This document shows, piece by piece, positions 1-10,319 of a stretch of DNA of 64,000 nucleotides (position 1 is its first letter; each line of letters begins with the position of its first letter). Source of the DNA: Candidatus Woesearchaeota archaeon (GTDB lineage: Archaea > Nanobdellota > Nanobdellia > SCGC-AAA011-G17 > UBA489); contig CAYIXG010000001.1 in assembly GCA_964367375.1 (NCBI GenBank), forward strand, positions 148,254 to 212,253, in the 5' to 3' direction. A model generated the notes under the pieces. The model had not been told where the DNA came from. It saw nothing but the letters and a program-made list of their open reading frames with translations, and ran no database searches. The position numbers and the translations under genes are program-made.

Positions 1-1
1 G

Positions 2-727
2 CGTTTTCGGGTGCATTATTATAATCCCACACTGTTGGACAAGGATGACAATAAGTGCACATCCTATTTAGCATATCTTGTGGCAGATGAGTGGGAGTGG
101 ATTGCAGCCATCGGTATTATTGGGGATTGGCAGCTGCCGTCGTTTATGAAGACGTTTAAATACAAGCGCTTGTTCAACAACCAGAAGACTCCTCCTTCTC
201 TTTTGTTTGATTCTGACTTTGGAAAGCTGATTCGCATTTTTTCGTTTGCGTTGAAAGGAGAGACAAAGGAGGTGAGGAAGGCAATTGATGCTGCGCAGAA
301 GGTGAATACTCCTCAAGAGGTGTTGCAGCAGGAGTCTGAGGCAGGAAAATGGTTGTATAGGAAGTATGAGAAGGTGAATAAGGGTTATCTAAAGTTATTA
401 GAAAAGGCGCGTGCGCTTGAGCCGAAAGCAAAGAAAGAGCCATTGGTATTTGTCTACACTGATGCAGAAACAAGTTTTACGAGCGAGTTGAGCAATGAGT
501 TGTTGCACCGAACAAAATCAGAAGTCATCATTGTTGCCAGAGAAAAGGGTGATGAGTATCGCATTTCTATTCGCGGAAGAACAATACCTATACGCCCCAT
601 AGTGAAGAAGGCGTTGGTGAAAGTGCATGGCTATGGTGGTGGTCACCCATTGGCATGCGGCGCAACAGTGCATAAGCATGATTTTGAGACGTTTATCAGT
701 GTGTTTCGGGAAGAATTGAGCAACTAG
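2..727 (+). CDS. DHH/DHHA1 phosphoesterase (RecJ/NrnA-like), C-terminal part; 5' end lies outside the window
   Basis: The frame is open back to the window edge. The C-terminal GGGH motif (HGYGGGHPLACGA) is the DHHA1 signature. Confidence 0.45.
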   Translation, partial: RFRVHYYNPTLLDKDDNKCTSYLAYLVADEWEWIAAIGIIGDWQLPSFMKTFKYKRLFNNQKTPPSLLFDSDFGKLIRIFSFALKGETKEVRKAIDAAQKVNTPQEVLQQESEAGKWLYRKYEKVNKGYLKLLEKARALEPKAKKEPLVFVYTDAETSFTSELSNELLHRTKSEVIIVAREKGDEYRISIRGRTIPIRPIVKKALVKVHGYGGGHPLACGATVHKHDFETFISVFREELSN

Positions 728-1344
728 TTCAAAACGATTCTGGCGTCAACGATTCTGATGTCTGTTGCTGTCAAGAGTAAGGGATTAATGTCAAGTTCAG
801 CGATTTGGGGATATGTGGCAGCGAGTGCAGAAAGCTTGAGTATGATCGTGATCACGCTTTTCACCTTATTAGTATGTCCTCGCGTTCCGGCAATGATAGG
901 ATAAACTTTCAGTTCATGGAGCATGTCTGCTGCATCTGCAGCGGTGACAGGGCACGCGCGGAAGCTGACATCTTTGAGTATTTCGGTGTAAATGCCGCCT
1001 GCGCCAACTGCAACAGTATGTCCGAACACAGAGTCGCGTTTGAGTCCGAGGAGCAGCGCATCCGCTTCAACATACTCTTGAATCAAGACGCCGCGAAATC
1101 CGTTGAGGCGTTTCATGCGGGTGAAATGCTTCATAACTGCCGTGTCAGTGATGAGGTTGAGTGCAACGCCGCCAACGTCACTTTTGTGGATGATAGTGGG
1201 AGAAACGACTTTCATCGCAACAGGGTAGCCGATGCGCTTGGCAGCTGCAATTGCAGTGGATGAACTCGTGCAGTACATTTGGTGTACCACAGGGAATCCT
1301 TCTTTTTTGAGAAATGCTTCTGCCTCTTTTTCAGGAAGGATCAT
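724..1344 (-). CDS. ADP-forming acetyl-CoA synthetase beta/ATP-grasp domain protein
   Basis: KSDVGGVALNL and ELDINPL motifs are typical of the ACD beta-subunit ATP-grasp domain. Length is 206 aa. Confidence 0.5.
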   Translation of the reverse strand: MILPEKEAEAFLKKEGFPVVHQMYCTSSSTAIAAAKRIGYPVAMKVVSPTIIHKSDVGGVALNLITDTAVMKHFTRMKRLNGFRGVLIQEYVEADALLLGLKRDSVFGHTVAVGAGGIYTEILKDVSFRACPVTAADAADMLHELKVYPIIAGTRGHTNKVKSVITIILKLSALAATYPQIAELDINPLLLTATDIRIVDARIVLN

Positions 1345-1353
1345 GATTGAAAA

Positions 1354-3327
1354 ATGATAAATAAGTATTTAAACTTTCTTTTTTTGAGATTGATGATGAA
1401 AAAAGGAGTGTGGATGTTTTTGTTGATCCTTCTTTCTGCGTTTGCATCGAGCGCGCAGGAAGAGTCTCCAGTGGAAAATTATCATGAGTACGAATCAGTA
1501 GATGTTTCATTTGCTCTGAATTCTTCTGTAGAAATGCAAGGAGGGCCAGTATCTGAGCTAAAGGTTGATCTGAGTTTCTTTCCGAAGCAGGAATCTGGGC
1601 AGTCAATTATAAGCAGTGAGGATGTGTCCACTCCACCGGCAGAGATAACAACAGATGAAAGCAGCAAGCGTTTTGTGTGGAGGAATATAGATACAAATAG
1701 GGTGGATTTTGGAGCGCGTGCAAAGATGAAAATTTCGAGGCAAATGCCAAGGGTGTTGAAAAAGATCGAGTTTCCGGTACATAATCTTGATTCTGAGTTA
1801 AGTCAGTACACGAAAGCAACGCAGTTTATTGACCTGAATGCTGCAATTGAATCGCAAGCACTCGCCTTGGCAGGGTCTGAAAATGATGTGTATCGCGTTA
1901 TCTTCAAGCTTGCGGATTGGACAAAGCAGAATATTGAGTATGATTTATCAACATTGACTGCGGATGTGGTGCAGAAGAGCAGCTGGGTGTTGGAGCAGAA
2001 GCAGGGGGTGTGTGATGAGCTCACAAACCTATTTATTTCATTAGTGCGGTCATTGGGTGTTCCTGCGCGGTTCGTGTCTGGGATGGTGTATTCAAATATA
2101 GGATATGATTTTGGTCCGCATGGATGGGCGGAAGTGTTTTTTCCAGGTGTGGGCTGGGTTCCGTTTGATATTACCTTTGGTCAGTTTGGGTGGATTGATG
2201 CGTCACATGTGAAATTGAAGGATCATGAGGATTCGGGGAGTCCTGCAACAGAGTATCAGTGGCAGCCTGCAGATGTGGAGATGGATGTGGGTGAGATTGT
2301 GATGCATACGCAGCTTCTGAGTACAGGGCCTCGTGCAGAGCCAATGGTTGAAATAACTGCTGAGCCAAAGAGGAAGGCAGTGCGTCAGGGAAGTGTTGTT
2401 CCCTTGTTTGTCACAGTGGAGAATAAGAAGCCGTTTTACGTTTCTCCTATTCTTGTCATGACAAAGGCTCCGGGAGTTCGCGGGAGTAATACAAGGGAAG
2501 TGCTTCTCGGTCCTGGAGAGACAAAGACGGTTGCATGGGCGTTGGAAATTCCTGAGGAAGTGAAGGAAGGTTATATTTACACTTCAACAATTGAGGTTGT
2601 GTCTCCGTTTGGTGAGCCAGCGCGTGCGCAAGTGCGCTATGGGGAAGATTTTGAGTTCTTTAATGAGATAATTGCATTAAAGATGGTGGATGAGGTGAAT
2701 GAGCAGTCTGCAAAGCAGCAGTTGGACGGCGTTTCATTTACGTGTCAGACTGCAAACCAGTTGTATTATGTTGATGAGGTGGTAAGCATTTCCTGCAGGT
2801 TGACAAATCAACGCGTATCTTCTCTTGATGGAAGGGTGTGCAGTGCAGCGCAGTGCAAGCAGTTGAGTCTTGCACCAGGAGGCACGGAAAGTATCTCCTT
2901 TGAGATAAAGGCAGTGCAGTCAGGAAGAACGTCTGCAGTTGTTGAGGTGGATGAGGGTGTGGTGTATGCGTTTTTTGATCTGAATGTGGTGAAGATTCCT
3001 GAGGTGACTATCCAGAATGTGCAGCCGCAAAAGGTAAATTATAAGGATAATGTTGAGGTGTCATTTGATGTGGTGAGTGATGAGGTGATTCAGGATGTGG
3101 TGATGCAGTTTGATTTTAAAGAGCTTGAGTTAGGAAGCATTGAGGGCGAGAAAAATATTCGGGTGACGACTGCAGGAAGATTTATAGTGGAGGGATTAAA
3201 ATTTAATTTATTTTATAAGGATGCGAAAGGAAAATCATATGAGTCAAAGGAAATTGTGCAGATTGAAGTGGTGAACATTCTGTGGTATGCGAAAGCGTTG
3301 TACTGGGTGAAAAACTTATTTGGATGA
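1354..3327 (+). CDS. secreted/membrane-anchored transglutaminase-like cysteine protease domain protein with C-terminal beta-rich domains
   Basis: N-terminal hydrophobic signal/anchor. Transglutaminase core triad context: GVCDE (Cys), HGWAEV (His), WVPFD (Asp). The true start may be the downstream Met (MMKKGVW). Confidence 0.6.
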   Translation: MINKYLNFLFLRLMMKKGVWMFLLILLSAFASSAQEESPVENYHEYESVDVSFALNSSVEMQGGPVSELKVDLSFFPKQESGQSIISSEDVSTPPAEITTDESSKRFVWRNIDTNRVDFGARAKMKISRQMPRVLKKIEFPVHNLDSELSQYTKATQFIDLNAAIESQALALAGSENDVYRVIFKLADWTKQNIEYDLSTLTADVVQKSSWVLEQKQGVCDELTNLFISLVRSLGVPARFVSGMVYSNIGYDFGPHGWAEVFFPGVGWVPFDITFGQFGWIDASHVKLKDHEDSGSPATEYQWQPADVEMDVGEIVMHTQLLSTGPRAEPMVEITAEPKRKAVRQGSVVPLFVTVENKKPFYVSPILVMTKAPGVRGSNTREVLLGPGETKTVAWALEIPEEVKEGYIYTSTIEVVSPFGEPARAQVRYGEDFEFFNEIIALKMVDEVNEQSAKQQLDGVSFTCQTANQLYYVDEVVSISCRLTNQRVSSLDGRVCSAAQCKQLSLAPGGTESISFEIKAVQSGRTSAVVEVDEGVVYAFFDLNVVKIPEVTIQNVQPQKVNYKDNVEVSFDVVSDEVIQDVVMQFDFKELELGSIEGEKNIRVTTAGRFIVEGLKFNLFYKDAKGKSYESKEIVQIEVVNILWYAKALYWVKNLFG

Positions 3328-4560
3328 AGCGTGCTTTTTTTGATCGCTGTCGACGCGCGTTAACGCAATAACTCCCAAGATAATGAAGAAGGTGACAGCA
3401 ATGATGGCAATGCGGTATCGTGTGCTTCCAAGAGAAACAAGATTGGACACAATCAATCCCCATACAATAGGTCCAATGAATGAGGAGGCGCGTTCTGCCA
3501 GTCCAAAATAGGCAAAGGTGAGGTTATGTCTTCCAGGAGGTGCAATATATGCCATGACAGAGCGTGATACTGTCCATGTTGCGCCAAACCAGAATCCCAT
3601 GAGTGTTGTGGCAATAACAAAAAGAGTGAAATTGGTGATGAGTCCGACTAATGGGAGGAGGAAAACCCATCCGATAAGAATGCACAAAAGTGTTTTTTTG
3701 TGGCCAATTCGATCTGCAATTAATCCAGAGAGAAGTCCGCCAATGGCGCACGTGATTAAAACGCCGAGTAGGAGGTATGTTTTAACAGTGTCTGAGACGT
3801 GCCAGACTTGTTCAAGGAAGATGGGGAAATTATTGGAGGCAGTGAGAACAGCATCATTGAACAAGAAGTAAGCAAGAAGGAAGAAAGCAACGCTTGAGGA
3901 TGCGAGTAAATGTTTGGTGGCAGTAAATGTGTGTTTGACATGTGCCCAGAAGGAGAATGGCATTTTTTTCTTGTGAGGTTCGATGAAAAAGAGGAGCATG
4001 GGAAGCGAGAAAAGAAAGAAGACAATGACAGACGGCAAAAGAGTTTCAGCTCGCTGAGCGGATCCAAAAAGGCTAATGCTTCCATTAGAGAAGGGAAGCG
4101 CTATTAAGAGTCCTGCAAATTGGCCGAGGTAGTTTGCAGTGATGCCTAAGCCAGAGACGAATCCTCGTTTCTGAGGATGTGAGATGTCAGTAATGAGGGG
4201 AGTGTAGAAGGTAAAGGAAAGGAGATAGGAATACAGTCCAAGGGTGAAGAAGATGAGTGCAAGCATATCTTTGTTATATACAGCTGAGAGTGCGCATAGG
4301 CCGTAAAAGAGCACAGTGAAAAGTGTGCTGTATCTCAATCCAGTAATTCTTCTTAAGAAGGTGTCAAGCAGGCAGCCAGTCAGCGGAACAGTAAAGAGGA
4401 GGAGGATTGCAGAAATGGTGAAGGTTAAGTTAAAGGTGAGGTCAGATACGCCTCTGTCAACAACGATCCATTGGGAAAAATAGAGGAAGAAGACGACAGA
4501 AACGATGGAGTTTGCAAAATCATAGAGAATCCAGAGGAACGTGTTTCGTTTGGTGTTCAT
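3316..4560 (-). CDS. MFS-type transporter
   Basis: About 12 predicted TM helices and a GxLaDRxGrkk-like loop (GLIADRIGHKK). 414 aa. Confidence 0.55.
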   Translation of the reverse strand: MNTKRNTFLWILYDFANSIVSVVFFLYFSQWIVVDRGVSDLTFNLTFTISAILLLFTVPLTGCLLDTFLRRITGLRYSTLFTVLFYGLCALSAVYNKDMLALIFFTLGLYSYLLSFTFYTPLITDISHPQKRGFVSGLGITANYLGQFAGLLIALPFSNGSISLFGSAQRAETLLPSVIVFFLFSLPMLLFFIEPHKKKMPFSFWAHVKHTFTATKHLLASSSVAFFLLAYFLFNDAVLTASNNFPIFLEQVWHVSDTVKTYLLLGVLITCAIGGLLSGLIADRIGHKKTLLCILIGWVFLLPLVGLITNFTLFVIATTLMGFWFGATWTVSRSVMAYIAPPGRHNLTFAYFGLAERASSFIGPIVWGLIVSNLVSLGSTRYRIAIIAVTFFIILGVIALTRVDSDQKKHASSK

Positions 4561-4569
4561 ATGTAAAAA

Positions 4570-6054
4570 TTAGTAGCTTTTTGCAACGTACACAAGATGA
4601 TTGGCTTCTTTCTTGCAGATAATACAAATTTGTCCTTGTTTCACACGATCTTCCTCTGGGTAGAGTGTGCCGCACACGTTTCCTCCGTCAGTTTCCGCTT
4701 TCAAAACATCGCTGCATTTTTCTCCGTCGAAGTCAACAGAGCAGAAAGGAACAGTAACAAATCCTCTATGAGTGTGCAAGGTTTTTTTAAGAGTGTCCAG
4801 TGTGTCAACGGATCGCACATTGTGCGCGAAGTATGCCTCTGCGCGTGCGTGAATGTCTTTGTCAATAGTGGCTGCTGCATGGGCTATTTCTATGGTAAGG
4901 TCAGCAAGAACAAAGCTGGTGCGTTTCTCTTTTGTGCGGAGCGCTGCTGATACTGTTTTTGCTTTGGTTTCCTTTGGTCCAATTTCAAGGCGAACAGGAA
5001 CTCCTTTCATTTCCCACTTGTTGTATTTGTAGCCAGGGCTTTCACTGCTGTCATCTAATGTCACGCGGTATCCTTTGTTTGTGAGCGTTTTCACAACCTG
5101 TCTGCAAAAGCTGAGGACTTCTTTTCCTTCGTCTGCTTTGCCTGCAAAGAGAATAGGAATGACAACAATTTGTACAGGTGCCATATCAAAGGGAATGATC
5201 AATCCTTTATCATCTCCATGGATGCCGATGAGTGCTGCCATGATTCTCCACACTCCTGGTCCAAAGCAGGTTTGCCAGGCAAACTGGTCTTTCTCGTCTT
5301 TTCCCTTCACTTTGATGGTAAATGCTTTGGAGAAGTTTTGTCCGAGGTCATGGGTGGATGCAAGCTGGTTTCGTTTGCCGTCAGGCATGATCGTGTCTGG
5401 AGTGTAAGTGTTGTCAGCTCCTTTGAACTTGTCCCATTGGGGTCGTTGAAAGTAGAAAAAAGGAATATGAACCTTTTCTTCAATCACGTGTTTGCATGTT
5501 GCCAAGTCTTGTTCTATTTGCTCGAGTGCTTCCTCGTGCGTGTTGAACACATCATGGGTTTCAAAGAACATAAATTCTCTTCCTCTGAGGAAGGGGCGTG
5601 TGGTCATTTCGTTTCTGAATGCGGGAATCCTGCTTTGGTAGCCTTTGAAGGGCAAGTCTTTATGGCTTCTGAACCAGAGTGCATACAAGGGATAGATTTG
5701 TGCCTCTCCCGTTGGTCGTAAGGCAAAGCGCTCTTCTATTTTCTTGTCTCCTGCTTCACTTACCCAGAAGACATTGGGGGTGAATCCGGCATGCTCTTTT
5801 TCTTTGTGCAGGTTTTCTTCCTTTACAACACTAGGGAAGAGAAAGGGAAGATGTCCTTGCGCTTCAACTGCTGCTTCTAAGTATTCGTAAATCTTCTTGA
5901 TGAGGAAAAATCCCCACGGACGATGGACAATGAATCCTTGGATGCCGAAGCGGATGTCTGCAAGCTCTGCTTTATTCACTATTTGTGTGTACCATTCGGA
6001 GAAGTTCTCTTTTTTGGTGACAGTAATTCCTTCGTCTGGTTCTTTTGCTCTCAT
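4570..6054 (-). CDS. proS: prolyl-tRNA synthetase, archaeal/eukaryotic type
   Basis: Class II aaRS motifs, 494 aa. The C-terminus ends in Tyr (…VAKSY), as in archaeal-type ProRS. Confidence 0.85.
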   Translation of the reverse strand: MRAKEPDEGITVTKKENFSEWYTQIVNKAELADIRFGIQGFIVHRPWGFFLIKKIYEYLEAAVEAQGHLPFLFPSVVKEENLHKEKEHAGFTPNVFWVSEAGDKKIEERFALRPTGEAQIYPLYALWFRSHKDLPFKGYQSRIPAFRNEMTTRPFLRGREFMFFETHDVFNTHEEALEQIEQDLATCKHVIEEKVHIPFFYFQRPQWDKFKGADNTYTPDTIMPDGKRNQLASTHDLGQNFSKAFTIKVKGKDEKDQFAWQTCFGPGVWRIMAALIGIHGDDKGLIIPFDMAPVQIVVIPILFAGKADEGKEVLSFCRQVVKTLTNKGYRVTLDDSSESPGYKYNKWEMKGVPVRLEIGPKETKAKTVSAALRTKEKRTSFVLADLTIEIAHAAATIDKDIHARAEAYFAHNVRSVDTLDTLKKTLHTHRGFVTVPFCSVDFDGEKCSDVLKAETDGGNVCGTLYPEEDRVKQGQICIICKKEANHLVYVAKSY

Positions 6055-6157
6055 TCAAAAAAAGTGAAGGTTGTTCTTTTTAAATGTTTAGTCATTGCGG
6101 AAGGGTTTCGGTTGAAGGAAGAAAAGGCTTATTAAGAATAAGATAAAGAAAGAAGGG

Positions 6158-6361
6158 ATGTTTATTCATAAGAGATATGTAACAATAGCAACGATAGTGT
6201 CCGCATTGCTTACAGTGATAGGAACTGCTGCAGCCTTAGTTTATTATCTTTATCTCACTCCATATAATACCTCACTCAATTTTAGTATTCTTTTGGGAGG
6301 ATACATGTTTATGGTGAGCGCTACAGTATATGATGTGAACAGGAGGTTGAAGCGTGTCTGA
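6158..6361 (+). CDS. small membrane protein (hypothetical)
   Basis: 67 aa with two hydrophobic helices. Sits in an otherwise non-coding 570 nt gap. Confidence 0.25.
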   Translation: MFIHKRYVTIATIVSALLTVIGTAAALVYYLYLTPYNTSLNFSILLGGYMFMVSATVYDVNRRLKRV

Positions 6362-6626
6362 AAAAAGTAAGGATTGGATAATGTTTGTGCTTATTGGTAT
6401 TGCAATCCTCTTATTTTTGTATATTATTTTTAAGATATCTCCAGGGCCTGTTTCCTAATAAAGAAGAAGATGCACAGGTGAGAATAAATGCGTGTAAGAC
6501 TATATACGCTTGTTCATTGTATTCATAATCTAAGAGATGAAATGCAATAATGTTTATAAACACATGCGCAGTTTCTGCACCAGAAGAGGTGAACACGAGA
6601 AGAATAGGTATATATGAGACTAAGGA

Positions 6627-7226
6627 ATGGGTGTGTTTTTTCTGTTGACGAAGCGCGAACGTTTTGTCATGTATAGTGTGCTGGGAATAGGCATGGTCAT
6701 GTGTGGAGTAACAGCTTTTTTGGCATATAATTATATTGCAGAAGGAAAGGAATCTTCTTCTCCAGCGCTTCCCAATCTTACTGATGTGATGTTTATGCTG
6801 GACCGTGAACCTGAAGTGATTGAGAAGGAAGTGGTTGTGCAGGTGCCTGCAGCATATCTTGAGGTGAACGGGAGGAATTATACGTCTGCAAATGTTTTGG
6901 AAATCTTAGAGGTGAAAGGATATAACGCTCTTTCGTTTGATAAGTGGATCAAGCATCTCTTTAACATTGCAGAGGGGCAGATGAGCTTTCACTTTAATGC
7001 GCAGACATATGGTCCGGGAGAATATGAGGTTGAGGATGTGGAGTCAAACGAGTGTATTATCCGATTTGAGCATATCGGTTTTGATGAAGGAGTCATATTA
7101 TGTGGGGATGTGGAAATTGAGACAGATGATGCTGAGGATTTGGAGTGCAGTGTGGAGATCTTTTTTGAGCGGAATAACAAATATGAGCTCGGAAAGGTAA
7201 GAAGCTGCGAGATTGATATTGGGTAA
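6627..7226 (+). CDS. hypothetical protein with N-terminal TM anchor
   Basis: 199-aa ORF with an N-terminal hydrophobic helix and an acidic C-terminal domain. No recognisable motifs. Confidence 0.3.
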   Translation: MGVFFLLTKRERFVMYSVLGIGMVMCGVTAFLAYNYIAEGKESSSPALPNLTDVMFMLDREPEVIEKEVVVQVPAAYLEVNGRNYTSANVLEILEVKGYNALSFDKWIKHLFNIAEGQMSFHFNAQTYGPGEYEVEDVESNECIIRFEHIGFDEGVILCGDVEIETDDAEDLECSVEIFFERNNKYELGKVRSCEIDIG

Positions 7227-7244
7227 TCTTTGTATTGTTAGATA

Positions 7245-7961
7245 TTATGGTTTGGCAATGTTCCAGAGCAACGTAAAATAGTTAGTATACAGTTGTGCCA
7301 TTTTTTTACTTTTGATGACTACCATGTACAATTCATCTTCAGGAAGAAAAAGGACTGTGGTATCTCCATACACCCACATCCCGCTCGGGCTTTGATATGC
7401 TGCAGGAATAAATCGTGTGTGGGTCAATGGTTCTTGAAGCAAGGGCGAGTCTTTTAAGGTGGAGTCTGCAAGGATTTTTCGTTTGATTCCGAGTTTGATT
7501 CGTTTTCTCTGGAAATGGGAGTAATAAAATTGGAGCTTTTTTGCGACTGTTCCAGTAAATCCGAAGATAAGAATATCCTTTCGTGCAGCAAGGTAGTCTT
7601 GCAAGACAGATTTTAAGCCATTTTTTCCTTGATAGACTTCAATGTCTACGTGCTTTTTCTGTTTTCCAAGGTGAGAGAGGTGGGGTAGGATTGCTCTGAA
7701 GTGAGCTTCTTTTTCCTTGATTTTTGCAAGGAGCTTATCAGGGCTTATCGCGTGGAAGTATTTTTTTCCTGATTGAATGGTGTAGGATACAACTCCTTTC
7801 TGAATGAGCTTATACAGCCGATCATAAATATGGGTTCTATTAATATGTGTTTCTTTGACAATCTGGCTCACAAGGGAGGGGCCAAGCGTGAGGAGCGCGG
7901 TGTAAATGGTTGCTTCATTTTCTGACAAGCCAGTGTCTTGGAGGACTTTGTTGATGTTCAT
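7245..7961 (-). CDS. TrmB-family transcriptional regulator
   Basis: N-terminal wHTH (LSENEATIYTALLTLGPSLVSQIVKETHINRTHIYDRLYKLIQKGVV) typical of TrmB. Confidence 0.6.
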   Translation of the reverse strand: MNINKVLQDTGLSENEATIYTALLTLGPSLVSQIVKETHINRTHIYDRLYKLIQKGVVSYTIQSGKKYFHAISPDKLLAKIKEKEAHFRAILPHLSHLGKQKKHVDIEVYQGKNGLKSVLQDYLAARKDILIFGFTGTVAKKLQFYYSHFQRKRIKLGIKRKILADSTLKDSPLLQEPLTHTRFIPAAYQSPSGMWVYGDTTVLFLPEDELYMVVIKSKKMAQLYTNYFTLLWNIAKP

Positions 7962-8054
7962 CGAGAAACGGGAAGATATGCTCCTTTTTAAAAGTTTTGT
8001 CTCATATGAAACAACAAAAGTTTTTATAGCTCGTTTCCAGAAAGAGTTGAAAGG

Positions 8055-9182
8055 ATGAAAACCAGCACAAAGATCAGTATAGGAGTGATTTTACTAGCTG
8101 CTATTATAGGGGTAACATGGATTGTAGTCATGCAAGAGCCACAATCGAAAGCTCCTATGAAGATTGGAGTCATTGCTCCCTTAACAGGGCCAGTAGGCGT
8201 TATTGGTCAATACATGCAAGAAGGCCTGCTGTTAGCACAAAGAGAGATTAACGAGAGGGGAGGTATCCAAGGGAGGTCTCTTGAGCTCGTTTTTGAAGAC
8301 ACGATTGTTGACCCAAAACTCTCAGTAAGTGCGATGCAGAAATTTATCGATATTGATAACATAAAAGTGGTTATTGGTGACTATCGTTCTTCAAATACGC
8401 TCGCTGTAGCGCCAATAGCAGAAGAGAAAAAGGTTATTTTGATAAGTCCTGGGTCTCAAGCAGATTCCTTATCAGAGGCAGGAGACTATATTTTTAGAAC
8501 GCAAGTAACTGCTGAGGTGGAGGCTGAAAAGCTCGCTGATGTTATCAAGAATCAATTAGAAGAGACGCAAGTCTCCACAATAGTAACCAATCAAGATTAT
8601 GGAATTAGTTTTGAGGAAAAGTTTACAATATTTTTCAAGGAAAAGGGTGGAAGAGTATTACTCAACAATCGTGCAGAGACACAAGAAACGGATTACAGAA
8701 CAATGCTTCTGAAAAGCAAGGAGAAGGGCATTGATATGATTGTGTTAGCTGTTGGAGGGCTGGCTGGGGGATTGATTGCAAACCAAGCAAAGGAATTAGG
8801 ATTATCATTCACATTTGTCGCCTCTTCAATTATTCAGACAGGTGAGTTGCTTGAGGTGGGTAAAGGCAATGTTGAAGGATTTTTGTACGTCTACCCTTAT
8901 GCGCATATGACAAAGGAACAAGAGGTATTTACGCAGAACTACAAGAAAGCATACGGGAGAGAAAATGAAGTGATCGCTGCAAATAGTTATGATGCGCTAA
9001 TGCTCGCTGCTGAAGCGATAGAAATGTGTGAAGAAGATACTTCTTGTATCAAAGATGAGCTGTATGAAGTGAAAAACTATTCCGGTGCGAGCGGAGTCTT
9101 AAGCTTCGACGAAAATGGAGATGTGATAAAACCATTAATAATAAAAACAGTGAAGGATGGAAAATTTGTAAGTGTTATGTAA
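8055..9182 (+). CDS. LivJ/LivK-like (type 1 periplasmic binding fold) ligand-binding protein, membrane anchored
   Basis: IGVIAPLTGPVGVIGQ…GGIQGRSLELVFEDT is the classic Leu/Ile/Val-binding protein N-terminus. One N-terminal TM helix. No permease or ATPase genes nearby. Confidence 0.7.
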   Translation: MKTSTKISIGVILLAAIIGVTWIVVMQEPQSKAPMKIGVIAPLTGPVGVIGQYMQEGLLLAQREINERGGIQGRSLELVFEDTIVDPKLSVSAMQKFIDIDNIKVVIGDYRSSNTLAVAPIAEEKKVILISPGSQADSLSEAGDYIFRTQVTAEVEAEKLADVIKNQLEETQVSTIVTNQDYGISFEEKFTIFFKEKGGRVLLNNRAETQETDYRTMLLKSKEKGIDMIVLAVGGLAGGLIANQAKELGLSFTFVASSIIQTGELLEVGKGNVEGFLYVYPYAHMTKEQEVFTQNYKKAYGRENEVIAANSYDALMLAAEAIEMCEEDTSCIKDELYEVKNYSGASGVLSFDENGDVIKPLIIKTVKDGKFVSVM

Positions 9183-9245
9183 TAATATAATATATTCTCC
9201 ATATAAATAAACAAAGAAGAAACAGTTCTTTATTATTATATTCTC

Positions 9246-10319
9246 TCAGCATTTTTTTCTTTTGGAGTCTTTTTTCTTTGGGTAGTCTAATAAAGTTAAG
9301 ATTGTTCTCAATAATTCTCCAATGAATAAACTAACTCCTGCTAAAATAAATCCAATTCCAAGATTTGTATTTATTTCTTTTTTGTCTTTTTTGCGCTGTG
9401 AGTAAGAACTAATTGTAAACTCTTGATGTAAGTATTTCGAACTTTTATCATCAATATTTTCGTAATAATCAGGAGGATAACGTATTTTGATAATATTTCC
9501 ATACGCTTCTGGTTCAACATTAATCATCTTTCCAAAATTATGCACGTCTTGTCTATAATGACCTAAATCAAATATTATAGTTTCTCTTGCATTAGTTCCG
9601 TATGCACGATAAGCAAATATTAGAAGTCTAAAAATTCCATTCGGATAGAACTCTTCTGGTTCATTAAGCAAAATATTAACCTTAACATTATTTAAAGTTT
9701 GATTAAATTTATCAAATATTATATAATTTCGATCTGTTTTGTTTAATTGGTTTATTTCTACTTCATATTCAACACTTTTTATTAGAGTTATACCATTACT
9801 CTCCAAGGTTATATTTGTAATGTTAATCTCTTTTGGTATATTAATACTTAATGAACTAAGGGGTTCATCTTCAATCATCTCAAAACTTAAATTACCATTC
9901 GAATCTTTAAAATTAAAATTAATGTTAAAGTCTCTCACAACAAGTTTTCCATTCGGGCTGGGATATAATTCAAATTCGTAAGTTTTAAAAGGAAGTGAAG
10001 TATCCATTTTTAAACCAGAATATAATAAAGAGAACCCAAAATAAAAACTAAAGTATATAGTTATGCATATCAAAAAAGTATCTCTTAAATTTTTTCTAAA
10101 ATCTTTATTAAGATAATGTTCTTTCTTAGATTCTACGAGAAAATATAAACCAAAAAGTATAGTAATAAAAATAAAGATAATCAATGATTTCTTAAAGCTA
10201 CCTTCTATTAATAAGAGTACAAGAAAAAATATTATGATTACATAAACAAAAGAAAAAATCTTTTTCCATTTATAGCGATTCGGTTCTTCTTTATTATAAG
10301 ATGCATTCGGTTTTTTCAT
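9246..10319 (-). CDS. hypothetical membrane protein in a low-GC island
   Basis: 357 aa, rich in K/N/I/F/Y, with 3-4 TM helices. Local GC is about 25% against about 42% elsewhere. Confidence 0.4.
   Translation of the reverse strand: MKKPNASYNKEEPNRYKWKKIFSFVYVIIIFFLVLLLIEGSFKKSLIIFIFITILFGLYFLVESKKEHYLNKDFRKNLRDTFLICITIYFSFYFGFSLLYSGLKMDTSLPFKTYEFELYPSPNGKLVVRDFNINFNFKDSNGNLSFEMIEDEPLSSLSINIPKEINITNITLESNGITLIKSVEYEVEINQLNKTDRNYIIFDKFNQTLNNVKVNILLNEPEEFYPNGIFRLLIFAYRAYGTNARETIIFDLGHYRQDVHNFGKMINVEPEAYGNIIKIRYPPDYYENIDDKSSKYLHQEFTISSYSQRKKDKKEINTNLGIGFILAGVSLFIGELLRTILTLLDYPKKKDSKRKKC

Noticed and set aside
805-1263. 152-aa ORF antisense to the ACD beta/ATP-grasp gene. The same pattern recurs at 5170..5721, 16913..17338, 33588..34364, 39066..39953, 42256..43143, 54105..54527, 57395..57883 and 58585..59298.
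   Set aside because: Shadow ORFs inside well-supported genes on the opposite strand, with low-complexity or Cys/His-rich translations and no motifs.
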